Origin: Desulfosudis oleivorans
Lineage (GTDB): Bacteria > Desulfobacterota > Desulfobacteria > Desulfobacterales > SURF-7
NCBI GenBank assembly: GCA_020723325.1
Contig: DYJD01000027.1
Span: 15,697 to 79,696, forward strand
Reading direction: 5' to 3'
DNA: 64,000 nucleotides
Position numbers and translations under genes: made by a program. Below the pieces are notes generated by a model. The model did not search any database. It saw only the letters and a program-made list of their open reading frames with translations, and was not told the DNA's origin. Of this stretch, positions 49,035-57,768 are shown one piece after another (positions within the stretch are counted from its first letter, which is position 1; each line of letters opens with the position of its first letter).

Positions 49035-50876
49035 TTACTGCTCGACTTTGACAATCACTAAAGTAATGTCGTCCTCTTGTTCACGGGGGCATCGGAAATC
49101 GTTCAACTCCTGGATGACGATATCGATAATTTCCCGGGCTGATCTATACGCGGCAGCGCGGATCAGGGATAGAAAAGCCGTTTTCCCAAACAGCCGGCCC
49201 TGGGGATTCCGGGTTTCCCAGATACCATCAGTGCCGATGATGAGGACTTGTCCGGGCCGTATTTCCCGGCTGTTCTGCTCGTATGCCGCATTTTCCATGG
49301 TCCCCAAAGGCAGGCCTTTCCCAATCAGCTCGGTAAAAGTATCGGTACCGGGATCAAAGAGAATCGCAGGGTCATGACCGGCCCGAATATATTGAATCTT
49401 TTTTTGATTAATATCGATTTCAAGATAAAAAAGAGTCACAAAGCGGCCGGAATCCTCCACGTCCTTGACCAGTTGATTGTTCACATCCGCCACGATGCGG
49501 CTCGGAGCGTCATGACCGGATGCACGCTGGCGCAGGATAGCGCGAACAGTGGCCATTAACAGGGCCGAGGGAATGCCGTGACCGGATACATCGCCCACGG
49601 CCACACTGATTTTTGTATTGTTGGGTGCCGGGTGATGGAAAAAATCGTAATAATCCCCTCCGGTTTCATCACAATAGCGGCTGATGCCGGCGATGTCCAG
49701 ACCTTGAACTATAGGATTGGACTTGGGCAGAAGATTTTGTTGCACATCCATGGCAAGTCCCAGGGCGTGTTTCATGCGCAGCCGTTCCTCCAATTGCAGT
49801 GCCATGGAGTTGAAGTTCTGGATCAATTCGCCGACTTCATCACGGGTTTTTGCCGCAAGGGGCGGGTAGTCATCGCCCTTGGCCAATTTTCTTGCCGCTT
49901 CGGTTACATTTTTAATGGCCGACACGGTGCGGCCCGTCACCAGGCGGATCAGCAGAAGAATAAAGAAAATGAAACTCGCGCCGGTTATGGCGTAAAACCA
50001 GCGAAAACGGATGATGGGAGCCAGGATTTCTTCCGACGGCGCGAACATGACGAGACTCCAGGGAGCTTCCCGTAAACGATAAAAACCGCTGACTTCTCCG
50101 GCCGGATATTCCTTGCCGATCACTGTGCCCTGAATGTTTGCGCGCATGGCCTTCAGGGTATCCAATTCCAAGGCATCGCCGGTTTCTCCGAGCATCTTTC
50201 TTTTATCAAAGGTTGTGCCGGCCAAGGCCAAGATACGGCCGTCATCGTCCACGATAAAGGCTTTGTTGCTTTGCCACCAGCCTGTCCCGGCCACGGCGGC
50301 CATTAGGTAGTCAAATCGCAATACCACATCTATACGGCCGATGACGCGTTTTTGTTCATCCGTAAAGTCGGAAACGATTGAAACAGTCTGGTCCTTGATT
50401 TGTGGATCATAGTGAGGCGGCATGATTGCGATCATGCCATTATGATGATTCATACCATGTCCTTCTCCGGTTTTGCCATGTGCGGGATGTCCTTCCGCTT
50501 CCGGCCCGGATCCGCTCAGAAAGGATTGTTGATTGGAATCCAAACCGGTTTCCCCCGTCTGGCGGACGCGCACGACCCCTTCCATCTTTTCGAGCTGTTG
50601 AATGATGCTTGCGCGAAAATGATCCGCGTGTGGAAGGCCGGCGACTTCATGAACCATTTGTAACCAGTCCTTGGGGTGACTGATGCGCATATCGATCTGG
50701 TGCGCGGCGCGCTCGAGTTTCAACAGGGCGGCTTCACCCCACTGATCCAGCAAGCTGTCCCGGGCGTAAATAAAGCCGATCAAACCCATGCTGAACAGCA
50801 GCATCGCAACAGGCAACAGCATGAAAAGTGCAAAACGCTGTTGAAGTGATTTGGGTCTCAGCATCGGTTTATTCAT
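49035..50876 (-). CDS. SpoIIE/PP2C (RsbU-like) phosphatase with periplasmic sensor and HAMP
   Basis: TGGDYYD, VGDVSGHG, RAGH, GTDGIWE, EDDITL. Confidence 0.92.
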   Translation of the reverse strand: MNKPMLRPKSLQQRFALFMLLPVAMLLFSMGLIGFIYARDSLLDQWGEAALLKLERAAHQIDMRISHPKDWLQMVHEVAGLPHADHFRASIIQQLEKMEGVVRVRQTGETGLDSNQQSFLSGSGPEAEGHPAHGKTGEGHGMNHHNGMIAIMPPHYDPQIKDQTVSIVSDFTDEQKRVIGRIDVVLRFDYLMAAVAGTGWWQSNKAFIVDDDGRILALAGTTFDKRKMLGETGDALELDTLKAMRANIQGTVIGKEYPAGEVSGFYRLREAPWSLVMFAPSEEILAPIIRFRWFYAITGASFIFFILLLIRLVTGRTVSAIKNVTEAARKLAKGDDYPPLAAKTRDEVGELIQNFNSMALQLEERLRMKHALGLAMDVQQNLLPKSNPIVQGLDIAGISRYCDETGGDYYDFFHHPAPNNTKISVAVGDVSGHGIPSALLMATVRAILRQRASGHDAPSRIVADVNNQLVKDVEDSGRFVTLFYLEIDINQKKIQYIRAGHDPAILFDPGTDTFTELIGKGLPLGTMENAAYEQNSREIRPGQVLIIGTDGIWETRNPQGRLFGKTAFLSLIRAAAYRSAREIIDIVIQELNDFRCPREQEDDITLVIVKVEQ

Positions 50877-50900
50877 TATCACCGGTAAAATGCAGGGCCG

Positions 50901-51368
50901 TTAAGCATGGTTGTACCAGAATTTGAAAAAACGATCCTGATCATCCATTGTAATTGAGCAGATAATGCCGTATTTGCCTTTTTCCACAAAGGCGAATTCG
51001 GTCACAAACAGGCCCTTATAATTTCTCAACGGTAAGACCGCTTCTTTCCCGGATGGATTGATGATTTTCATTTCGCCCTGGATTTTCATGATCTGCCGGT
51101 TCGTATCAACCATAAAAAATTTTACCATGACATGATGCTTGACGTCGCCTATCGGCAGAAGTCCCATACTAATAAGTGGCATGACTTCGAACTCCGCGCG
51201 AATGCCGTCAACCACCAACGCGTGTTTGAAGGTTTTTGTTTCGTCCTGTTGAGCAGAGTCAGTAGTCGTTGATGTCGAGCCGTGGCCCTCATGCCCTTGC
51301 ATCGAAAAGCAGGCGGAACTCCATATAAGAGTAAAGATGATTGAAAGCAGTGTAATCCTCTTCTCCAT
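50901..51368 (-). CDS. Periplasmic His-tagged protein (similar to 61029-61535)
   Basis: Signal peptide, MQGHEGHG, KHHVMVKF..GEMKIINPSGK. Confidence 0.7.
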   Translation of the reverse strand: MEKRITLLSIIFTLIWSSACFSMQGHEGHGSTSTTTDSAQQDETKTFKHALVVDGIRAEFEVMPLISMGLLPIGDVKHHVMVKFFMVDTNRQIMKIQGEMKIINPSGKEAVLPLRNYKGLFVTEFAFVEKGKYGIICSITMDDQDRFFKFWYNHA

Positions 51369-51420
51369 TTTTGCTCCTTATGCCTGCGGGCTTATTCAAA
51401 AGATTCCAATGACTGTGTAT

Positions 51421-51436
51421 AGCAACGGAGATGCCA
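51421..51436 (-). promoter_or_regulatory. Sigma54 promoter
   Basis: Minus strand TGGCAT-CTCCG-TTGCT. Confidence 0.7.
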
Positions 51437-51710
51437 ACTTGTTATTTTTCCGGCGTATCAACTTTCAGCGGACGGTATTTCTCATATAACAAAGATATTA
51501 TCTAAAAGCGACCGATGCGGATCGGAATGTGTTTTCATAATCGTCGGAAGTGGACACAAACGATTTCGCTGGTTTGAGACCTTAAGTGCGTAAAAAATAC
51601 GCAGGTTAAATTATTTAAGATTAGCTGACAGACGATAAGAAAATGAAGCTTTTGTTCCGAATTATTTCACTATACTACCATATCGGCGCCATGATGTCTA
51701 TTTAAAAAAT

Positions 51711-51791
51711 GGGCCTTGATTATCGTTTCGGCCGTATCGCGACTGGAAGCCGCTGCCACAATGGAGACCGGCCGAAGCAATGAGCATGGCC
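51711..51791. repeat. REP-containing hairpin repeat copy 4
   Basis: Same arm-core-arm structure. Confidence 0.7.
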
Positions 51792-51883
51792 GAAAAAAGT
51801 ATCCCTCTTGCTTATTGTGATTGTTTCACCTGTTGACAAAGACAAGAGGGATACCCGTATTCCTTCATCCCTTTGATGCCGAT

Positions 51884-52243
51884 TCAATGTCCATGCGTGT
51901 CGTTATGGTTGTCATCGTTGGCGGGGACGTCGGTCGGTGGAGTCGTCTGATCGGTTGGTTGCTGTTGTTGTTGGTTGTGATGAGAAGTCATATTGCTCAT
52001 ATTATTCTGCATATCCTGTGAGTTCATCATCTGGTCTCCGGTCATGCCCTGCATATGGTTACCCATCATGTGCTGGGCACTGTTACCCGTTGTGGTTTGG
52101 GTAGTGTCACCCGTCATCATCCCCCCGGAGCTTCCTCCCATCATGCCGCCGCCGCCGGTGCCGGAGCCCATACCCATTCCCGCCAGCGCCGTTGAAGCCG
52201 TCAACATAATCGATAAAGCGATCGCCATTTGTATTCTTTTCAT
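51884..52243 (-). CDS. Met/His-rich periplasmic protein, paralog 3
   Basis: MKRI..ASTALAGMGMG; ends NHNDTHGH. Confidence 0.75.
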   Translation of the reverse strand: MKRIQMAIALSIMLTASTALAGMGMGSGTGGGGMMGGSSGGMMTGDTTQTTTGNSAQHMMGNHMQGMTGDQMMNSQDMQNNMSNMTSHHNQQQQQPTDQTTPPTDVPANDDNHNDTHGH

Positions 52244-52333
52244 CTTGTCCCCCTTTTACTTTTTTCAGGTTAATGTTGTATTTTTGCCGATACGTCCCAT
52301 ACATCACACTCGATCAAACCTGAAAGCTGTTAT

Positions 52334-52349
52334 TGCATAATGTCTGCCA
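52334..52349 (-). promoter_or_regulatory. Sigma54 promoter
   Basis: Minus strand TGGCAG-ACATT-ATGCA. Confidence 0.6.
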
Positions 52350-52809
52350 ATCCAGAATCAATTCAATCAAAATCCATCGCATCATTCTGATAATATATGT
52401 AATATGTTTTTTATTTCCTTCCTCCTCTTTATTGAGAGATGGCCTTCAGCAAAAGAAAGAGCGTGAACCGCTAAAATATTGCGCGGTTTTTCTTCTTTGG
52501 CATAGGAAGTGCGAATTTTTTTCGCGCTTGATCATGGCAATACTATCCAGCCATCATCAATCCGACTTTGAGTATCGATCAAACTGTCCCCGCCGTTATC
52601 TTGAATCCAAAATTGAATGAGAATAAGGAATGTCCGACAGACCGGAACGATGATCAATGCTAAAATATGGTATATATTTTGCTTTGATTTGGGTTTCATC
52701 GCTGCCGGATTAAAGTTTCATTTCCGAAAAAAAGAACAGTCTTGACATGCTGTTTATGAAGTAAAAAACAAAATTCTTAACAAATTAAAAATTTTCAGGA
52801 GGAGATCAG

Positions 52810-52941
52810 ATGAAAAAAATGATCAGCATGGTATTGATTGCGGTAGTACTGGCTTTGGGATCACTCGGTTGTGCGACGGTTTCTGATGACGACCATGGGC
52901 AGAGTCATCAAGGCCATTCCTCAGGGGGCGGCTGTCATTAA
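52810..52941 (+). CDS. 43-aa His/Cys-rich lipoprotein (not in the ORF track)
   Basis: AGGAGGAG RBS; MKKMISMVLIAVVLALGSLG-CATVSDDDHGQSHQGHSSGGGCH. Confidence 0.75.
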   Translation: MKKMISMVLIAVVLALGSLGCATVSDDDHGQSHQGHSSGGGCH

Positions 52942-53095
52942 ATATGGGCCTTGGCCGTAGCTGTGTCGCTGTCTGGTCTATTATTAAAAAATGGATTGCG
53001 TTTTTTTTCGATAAATGCAACTATAGCGAATAAATAATTCTTTACAGCATCTTAACAAAGCACACCCCGGCAAAAATCCTGGAATAAATTCGATT

Positions 53096-53111
53096 TGGTA
53101 TGCATATTGCT
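53096..53111 (+). promoter_or_regulatory. Sigma54 promoter of the efflux operon
   Basis: TGGTAT-GCATA-TTGCT. Confidence 0.7.
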
Positions 53112-53165
53112 GTCGTGGTTATCGAAGGCTGCATAACTTCTGGAATGAAATGATAATGATTCGGA

Positions 53166-54563
53166 ATGGAAAGGACAATGGAGTCAGTCATGCGGTCATT
53201 TGAGCGGAACCAAACATCGCCGCGGCGCTGTGGGGCGGGCGCATGCTATTATTTACCTGCGATTTTGCTCAGCATAATGCTGGTTTGCCCGACAAGCGCC
53301 GCCGAACAGGACCTGAAAGTCTTGGAGGAGAGGCTTGTCATTGGACCGGGTCTTGCCGATGTTGTGGAGTACGCCTATCAAGCCGGCCCGAAGATCAGCG
53401 CCGGGAAAGCGGGCTGGCGGGAATCCCTGGAGCGCTATCGGGTTACCAGCGCCTATCCTGATCCGCGTTTGACAGCCACCTACTGGCCGGATTCGGTTCC
53501 TGACGATTTGTTTATGCGAAAATATGAGCTGATGCTTTCCCAGGAGATACCTTTTCCAGGAAAGCTTGGCGCGGCCGGAGAAGTGACCAGGATCGAAGCC
53601 CGGGCCGGCCGTATCAACCTGGACCGGGCCGTGCGGGACACGGTCACGGCCGTACGGGAGTCCTATCATGAATTGGCGTATATCCGTTCAGCCAAAAGGA
53701 TTGCCGAGCAGAACCGGAAACTGATCGATGAACTGCGCGCCCTTTCGGAAACCACTTATGCCAAGGAGCGCGGCACGCTGTTGGATGTGCTCAAGGCTCA
53801 ATCCCAGGCGGCCCAAAACGGCTATGATGCGCTCCTGCTAGGTGAGTTGGAGGAAACCGAGACCGCGCGTTTGAATAGCCTGCTTGATCGCGAACCCCGG
53901 GCAACCATCGGGCCTTTGGCCGAAGATACACCGCAACCCATAGCTTTTACAATAGAAGAGCTGTATTCCCTGGGGGAAAAGAACCGGGAGGAAGTGCGCC
54001 TTTCGCAAGCGGAGATGGAAAAAGCCAAAGCCGAGGAAAGGATGGCCCGCTATGAATCCTACCCGGATTTCATGATCGGCTTGTTGTACGAATCCAACCA
54101 GCCCGAGGATTTGCGTGCTTCAAGGGAAGACATGGTGGGCGTACAGTTCGGGCTGACTCTGCCCTTGTGGTATGATAAAAACACGGGCCGGCGCGCGGCC
54201 GCCGGAGCCGCGGTCGCCAAGGCCGAGGCCATGACCCGCACCGAGCTAAACGACACCCGCGCTATGGTACGGGAAACCCTTTTCCGGCTGCAGAATGCCT
54301 ACAGATTGATGACGCTGTACAAAGACCAGCTTATTCCCCAGGCTTATCGCTCCATGGAAACCGCTGAAACCTGGACCCGCCAGGGCAGCGGCAGCCTGTC
54401 AAATTATCTCGAGGCCCGGTCGGTCTGGTATAATTTCCAACTGGCCCTGGCCCGGGCCACGGCGGATTACGGCATTTATCTGGCCCGCCTGGAAAGCCTG
54501 GCCGGACAGGGTTTGACCAGGAAGGAACCTCCTGCAGCCAAATCAGAGGAGGTCAGCCCATGA
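53166..54563 (+). CDS. TolC-family outer membrane efflux protein
   Basis: YPDP...SQEIPFPGKL, YPDFMIG..LTLPLW, LYKDQLIPQA. Confidence 0.88.
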   Translation: MERTMESVMRSFERNQTSPRRCGAGACYYLPAILLSIMLVCPTSAAEQDLKVLEERLVIGPGLADVVEYAYQAGPKISAGKAGWRESLERYRVTSAYPDPRLTATYWPDSVPDDLFMRKYELMLSQEIPFPGKLGAAGEVTRIEARAGRINLDRAVRDTVTAVRESYHELAYIRSAKRIAEQNRKLIDELRALSETTYAKERGTLLDVLKAQSQAAQNGYDALLLGELEETETARLNSLLDREPRATIGPLAEDTPQPIAFTIEELYSLGEKNREEVRLSQAEMEKAKAEERMARYESYPDFMIGLLYESNQPEDLRASREDMVGVQFGLTLPLWYDKNTGRRAAAGAAVAKAEAMTRTELNDTRAMVRETLFRLQNAYRLMTLYKDQLIPQAYRSMETAETWTRQGSGSLSNYLEARSVWYNFQLALARATADYGIYLARLESLAGQGLTRKEPPAAKSEEVSP

Positions 54564-56296
54564 AAGCAATTTCCGATTCCGCTCAATCATTCGTCACATC
54601 GCCTTTTGCTCTTAATTTGAAGTCTAGTTTTAATATTACTTTCCGACGTCCAAAAAGAGTTCTAACCCAAGCTAGTGATGAAGATTATGAGCAAGAGCAA
54701 GAGCAAGAAAAAGCAACAATTTTTGATTTTTTGAAAATGAGCATGAAGCCCTTGCTTATAATTTTATTTTCCCCATTATTACTGGCGGCCTGTTCCGGCT
54801 CAAAAGCGGCGCAAGAGGAGATCGACGGTTACCTCCCCCCTGCGGTTTATCAGGCCGCCCAGGCCGCACCTCCTGCTGCAGAATCATCTAATGGCGATAC
54901 CTTTAATACCGATTTCTCAAAGCAGCGCCAAAAACTTCTCCAAATAAAGCAGGCAGCGGAAAGCGCTCTGGATCATCCGGATACACAGAACAGCTTTTAT
55001 ACCCCGGATGCCGGCCGGCTGGAAGCCTTGGCGCCGGCCATCAATGACCCGGCCGCGGCCCAAAAACTGCTTTCCAATGATTTTTCCCTGGCGGATCTCG
55101 AGATCCTGACCTGGGGCCGCAACCCCATGCTGAAAAGCGCCGCGAATAATTTTCACGCCGCCTTGGAAGCCTATGACCAGGTCGCCAACCTGGATGATAT
55201 CCTCGCGCAATACACCGCCTTTACCGCCGGGTCCATGACCGGGGTGGGGCCGGCAGGGAATATGGGCGGCATCGATAAACTTTTCCCGTTTCCCGGAATC
55301 ACCGCCCTAAAAGGCGATATTGCCAAGGTGGAAACCATGATCGCCCGCGAGGATCTGGAAATCGTCCGGCGCACAATCATCACCGAGGCCCGCAAACTTT
55401 ATTGGGAATTGTATTACAATCGTAAAGCCCGGGCGACTACTTCTGATAGTATCACGGTTCTGGACGGGTTTGAAGCTTCGGTCCAGCAGCGTTACGCCGG
55501 CGGTCAGATCCCTTTGCGCGAGCTTGTCATGCTGCGCATCCGCAAAGAGAAACTAAAAGAAAAACTGATTACATTGACGGAGAACGGCCGCAGCCTGGAT
55601 TCACGTTTCAAAGCATTGCTGTTGTTGCCGGATGAAGCCGTGATGGGATCACCCCAAGGCCATGAGATCCATCCGGCCTTGCCGGATCTTGCCAAGCTGA
55701 ATGAACTCGCCCTGACCCATGCTCAGGAATTGATCCGCATGGGCAGCATGATCAACCGCATGGAGTTGATGATCGAAATGGGTGAGACCGAGATTTATCC
55801 CGGTTTTTCCCAAAACTATAGCCTTACCGAAAACCGGGCCGTGACCACAGCCGGCACCGGCAGAATGGATACGGCTTTTCAGACCAATGTACCGGCCGGA
55901 GCAGGCGCCGGCCAGCCCAAGATGCCCTTCATGGGTTTGTCCGAGGCCTATCTGCGGGAGACTAGAAGGCGTCTTAATGGATTGCGGCAGGAATTGGCGG
56001 GACTTACGGCGGAAACCGCGGCAAAGGTCCGGGAAGGCTGGGTTGCGGCGGATCAGGCGCGCCGGGAAGATCTGCTGTACCGGGAAAAATTGTCCGAACT
56101 GGCGCGCGTCAACTTCCGTACCGCCGGCCGGGCCTATGAAAGCGGCGAAATTTCCTTCGGCGACGCGTTGGAGGCTCTGATGCTGGAACTTGCGACCAAA
56201 CTGGCCGCGGAAAGACGCAAGGCGGATCGGGGGATAACAACGGCGGCTCTTAAAGCAACGGTCGGTTTTTCATGGCCGGAAAAGCAGGAAGGATAG
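54560..56296 (+). CDS. Second TolC-family protein (lipoprotein); N-terminal ~60 aa may be an inserted repeat
   Basis: LAAC lipobox after Met60/62; FPFPGITALKG; OMF-like helices. Confidence 0.8.
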   Translation: MKAISDSAQSFVTSPFALNLKSSFNITFRRPKRVLTQASDEDYEQEQEQEKATIFDFLKMSMKPLLIILFSPLLLAACSGSKAAQEEIDGYLPPAVYQAAQAAPPAAESSNGDTFNTDFSKQRQKLLQIKQAAESALDHPDTQNSFYTPDAGRLEALAPAINDPAAAQKLLSNDFSLADLEILTWGRNPMLKSAANNFHAALEAYDQVANLDDILAQYTAFTAGSMTGVGPAGNMGGIDKLFPFPGITALKGDIAKVETMIAREDLEIVRRTIITEARKLYWELYYNRKARATTSDSITVLDGFEASVQQRYAGGQIPLRELVMLRIRKEKLKEKLITLTENGRSLDSRFKALLLLPDEAVMGSPQGHEIHPALPDLAKLNELALTHAQELIRMGSMINRMELMIEMGETEIYPGFSQNYSLTENRAVTTAGTGRMDTAFQTNVPAGAGAGQPKMPFMGLSEAYLRETRRRLNGLRQELAGLTAETAAKVREGWVAADQARREDLLYREKLSELARVNFRTAGRAYESGEISFGDALEALMLELATKLAAERRKADRGITTAALKATVGFSWPEKQEG

Positions 56297-57679
56297 GTGG
56301 CGCGCATGTCGGATTCCACATTCCGTGATTATTTCAATCGATATCCGCTGAGAACGCGGGTAATTCTTGTTATGGTAGTCCTTGTCCTGGCCGGCGGGAT
56401 CTATTTTTTGCTGAAGCCAATCGGCAAAGGCGCTGGAACGCAAACAGCTTCCAGTCAAAAATCCGGGGAACGCAAGATTTTATTCTACCGCAATCCCATG
56501 AATCCCGCCATCACTTCACCCACGCCGGCCAAGGACGAAATGGGCATGGACTACATTCCGGTCTACGAGGATGAAGGCAATGCTCCCAAAAAGACCATGG
56601 CCCAGGAAGTGGACGACTTTTTCAGCGACCAGGCGGCGGGTGCCGGTCAAGGCGGAGTGGAAGGACTCGCCCCCATCACACTGACCCAGGCCGGCATTGA
56701 AGCGGCCGGCGTGCTGACCGCACCGGTGACATCGGAAAATTTTGAGCAGCAAATCCGCACTGTGGGAAGAGTCATGGCCGATGAAACCAGGGTGCGCAAA
56801 GTGCCGACCCGGGTCAGCGGCTGGGTGGAAAAAGTGCATGTGCAATCCGCCGGCCAAATGGTGCAGCAAGGGGAGCCGATTCTGACCCTCTATTCCCCGG
56901 AGTTGCTGTCAAGCCAGGAGGAATACATTCAAGCCCTGGCCATGGCGGAAAAGATGGCGGCATCCTCCGACCCGGAAACCCGTAAATCCGGTGAGGAATT
57001 GCGGCATTCTGCCGGCCAGCGCTTGAAGTTGTTCGATGTTCCCGAAGCTTTTGTCGCCGAACTCCAAAAAAAGCGCAAACCCCGGCGGGCCGTCACCTTG
57101 ACAGCGCCCATCTCCGGTTTTGTCATGGTCAAAGAGGTTTTGGAAGGCCAGAAGGTGGAACCCGGCATGATTTTTTTTGTCATCAGCGATCTGAGTCATA
57201 TCTGGGTGGAAGCCGACTTTTATGAATATGAAGGCAAGGGATTGAAGCCTGGGCAGGAGGCCGTGGTTTCCTCCGCCTATGATCCCGCCCTAGAAATGAA
57301 GGGCAAGGTGGCGTTGGTATATCCCTACCTGAATCCGGAGAGCCGGACCATCAAGGCCCGTTTGGAGTTTGCCAACAGCGACTTGAAGTTGAAACCGGAT
57401 ATGTACGTGGATGTAAGCCTTCGGCTTGATCACGGCCGGAGTGTGCAGGTTCCGGAATCGGCGGTTCTGGATTCCGGGCCGCGCAAGGTGGTTTTCGTGT
57501 ACCTGGGCAACGGACGTTTTGAGCCCCGGGAAGTCAGAGTAGGCGTGAGGAGTCACGGCCAAGTTCAGATTCTGGAAGGCGTGGCCGAAGGCGAGCAGAC
57601 GGCCGTCAAGGCCAATTTTCTGCTTGATTCGGAATCGCGCTTGCAGGCGCTGATTCAGGGGGCGATGAAGAAGAAATAA
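56297..57679 (+). CDS. cusB: CusB-like membrane fusion protein
   Basis: FYRNPMNP..PAKDEMGMDYIPV metal motif, YSPEL, LKPDMY. Confidence 0.9.
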   Translation: MARMSDSTFRDYFNRYPLRTRVILVMVVLVLAGGIYFLLKPIGKGAGTQTASSQKSGERKILFYRNPMNPAITSPTPAKDEMGMDYIPVYEDEGNAPKKTMAQEVDDFFSDQAAGAGQGGVEGLAPITLTQAGIEAAGVLTAPVTSENFEQQIRTVGRVMADETRVRKVPTRVSGWVEKVHVQSAGQMVQQGEPILTLYSPELLSSQEEYIQALAMAEKMAASSDPETRKSGEELRHSAGQRLKLFDVPEAFVAELQKKRKPRRAVTLTAPISGFVMVKEVLEGQKVEPGMIFFVISDLSHIWVEADFYEYEGKGLKPGQEAVVSSAYDPALEMKGKVALVYPYLNPESRTIKARLEFANSDLKLKPDMYVDVSLRLDHGRSVQVPESAVLDSGPRKVVFVYLGNGRFEPREVRVGVRSHGQVQILEGVAEGEQTAVKANFLLDSESRLQALIQGAMKKK

Positions 57680-57768
57680 GTCAGAAGACAGAAGTAATTT
57701 GGAAGCATCCTTAAATGTTCTGACTCCTGGATTCTGAATTCTTACAATAAATAATAAGAGCGCAGCAC

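Noticed and set aside
57680-57742. Heptamer-based imperfect palindromes (also 47815-47848)
   Set aside because: Short low-complexity intergenic repeats with no supportable specific function
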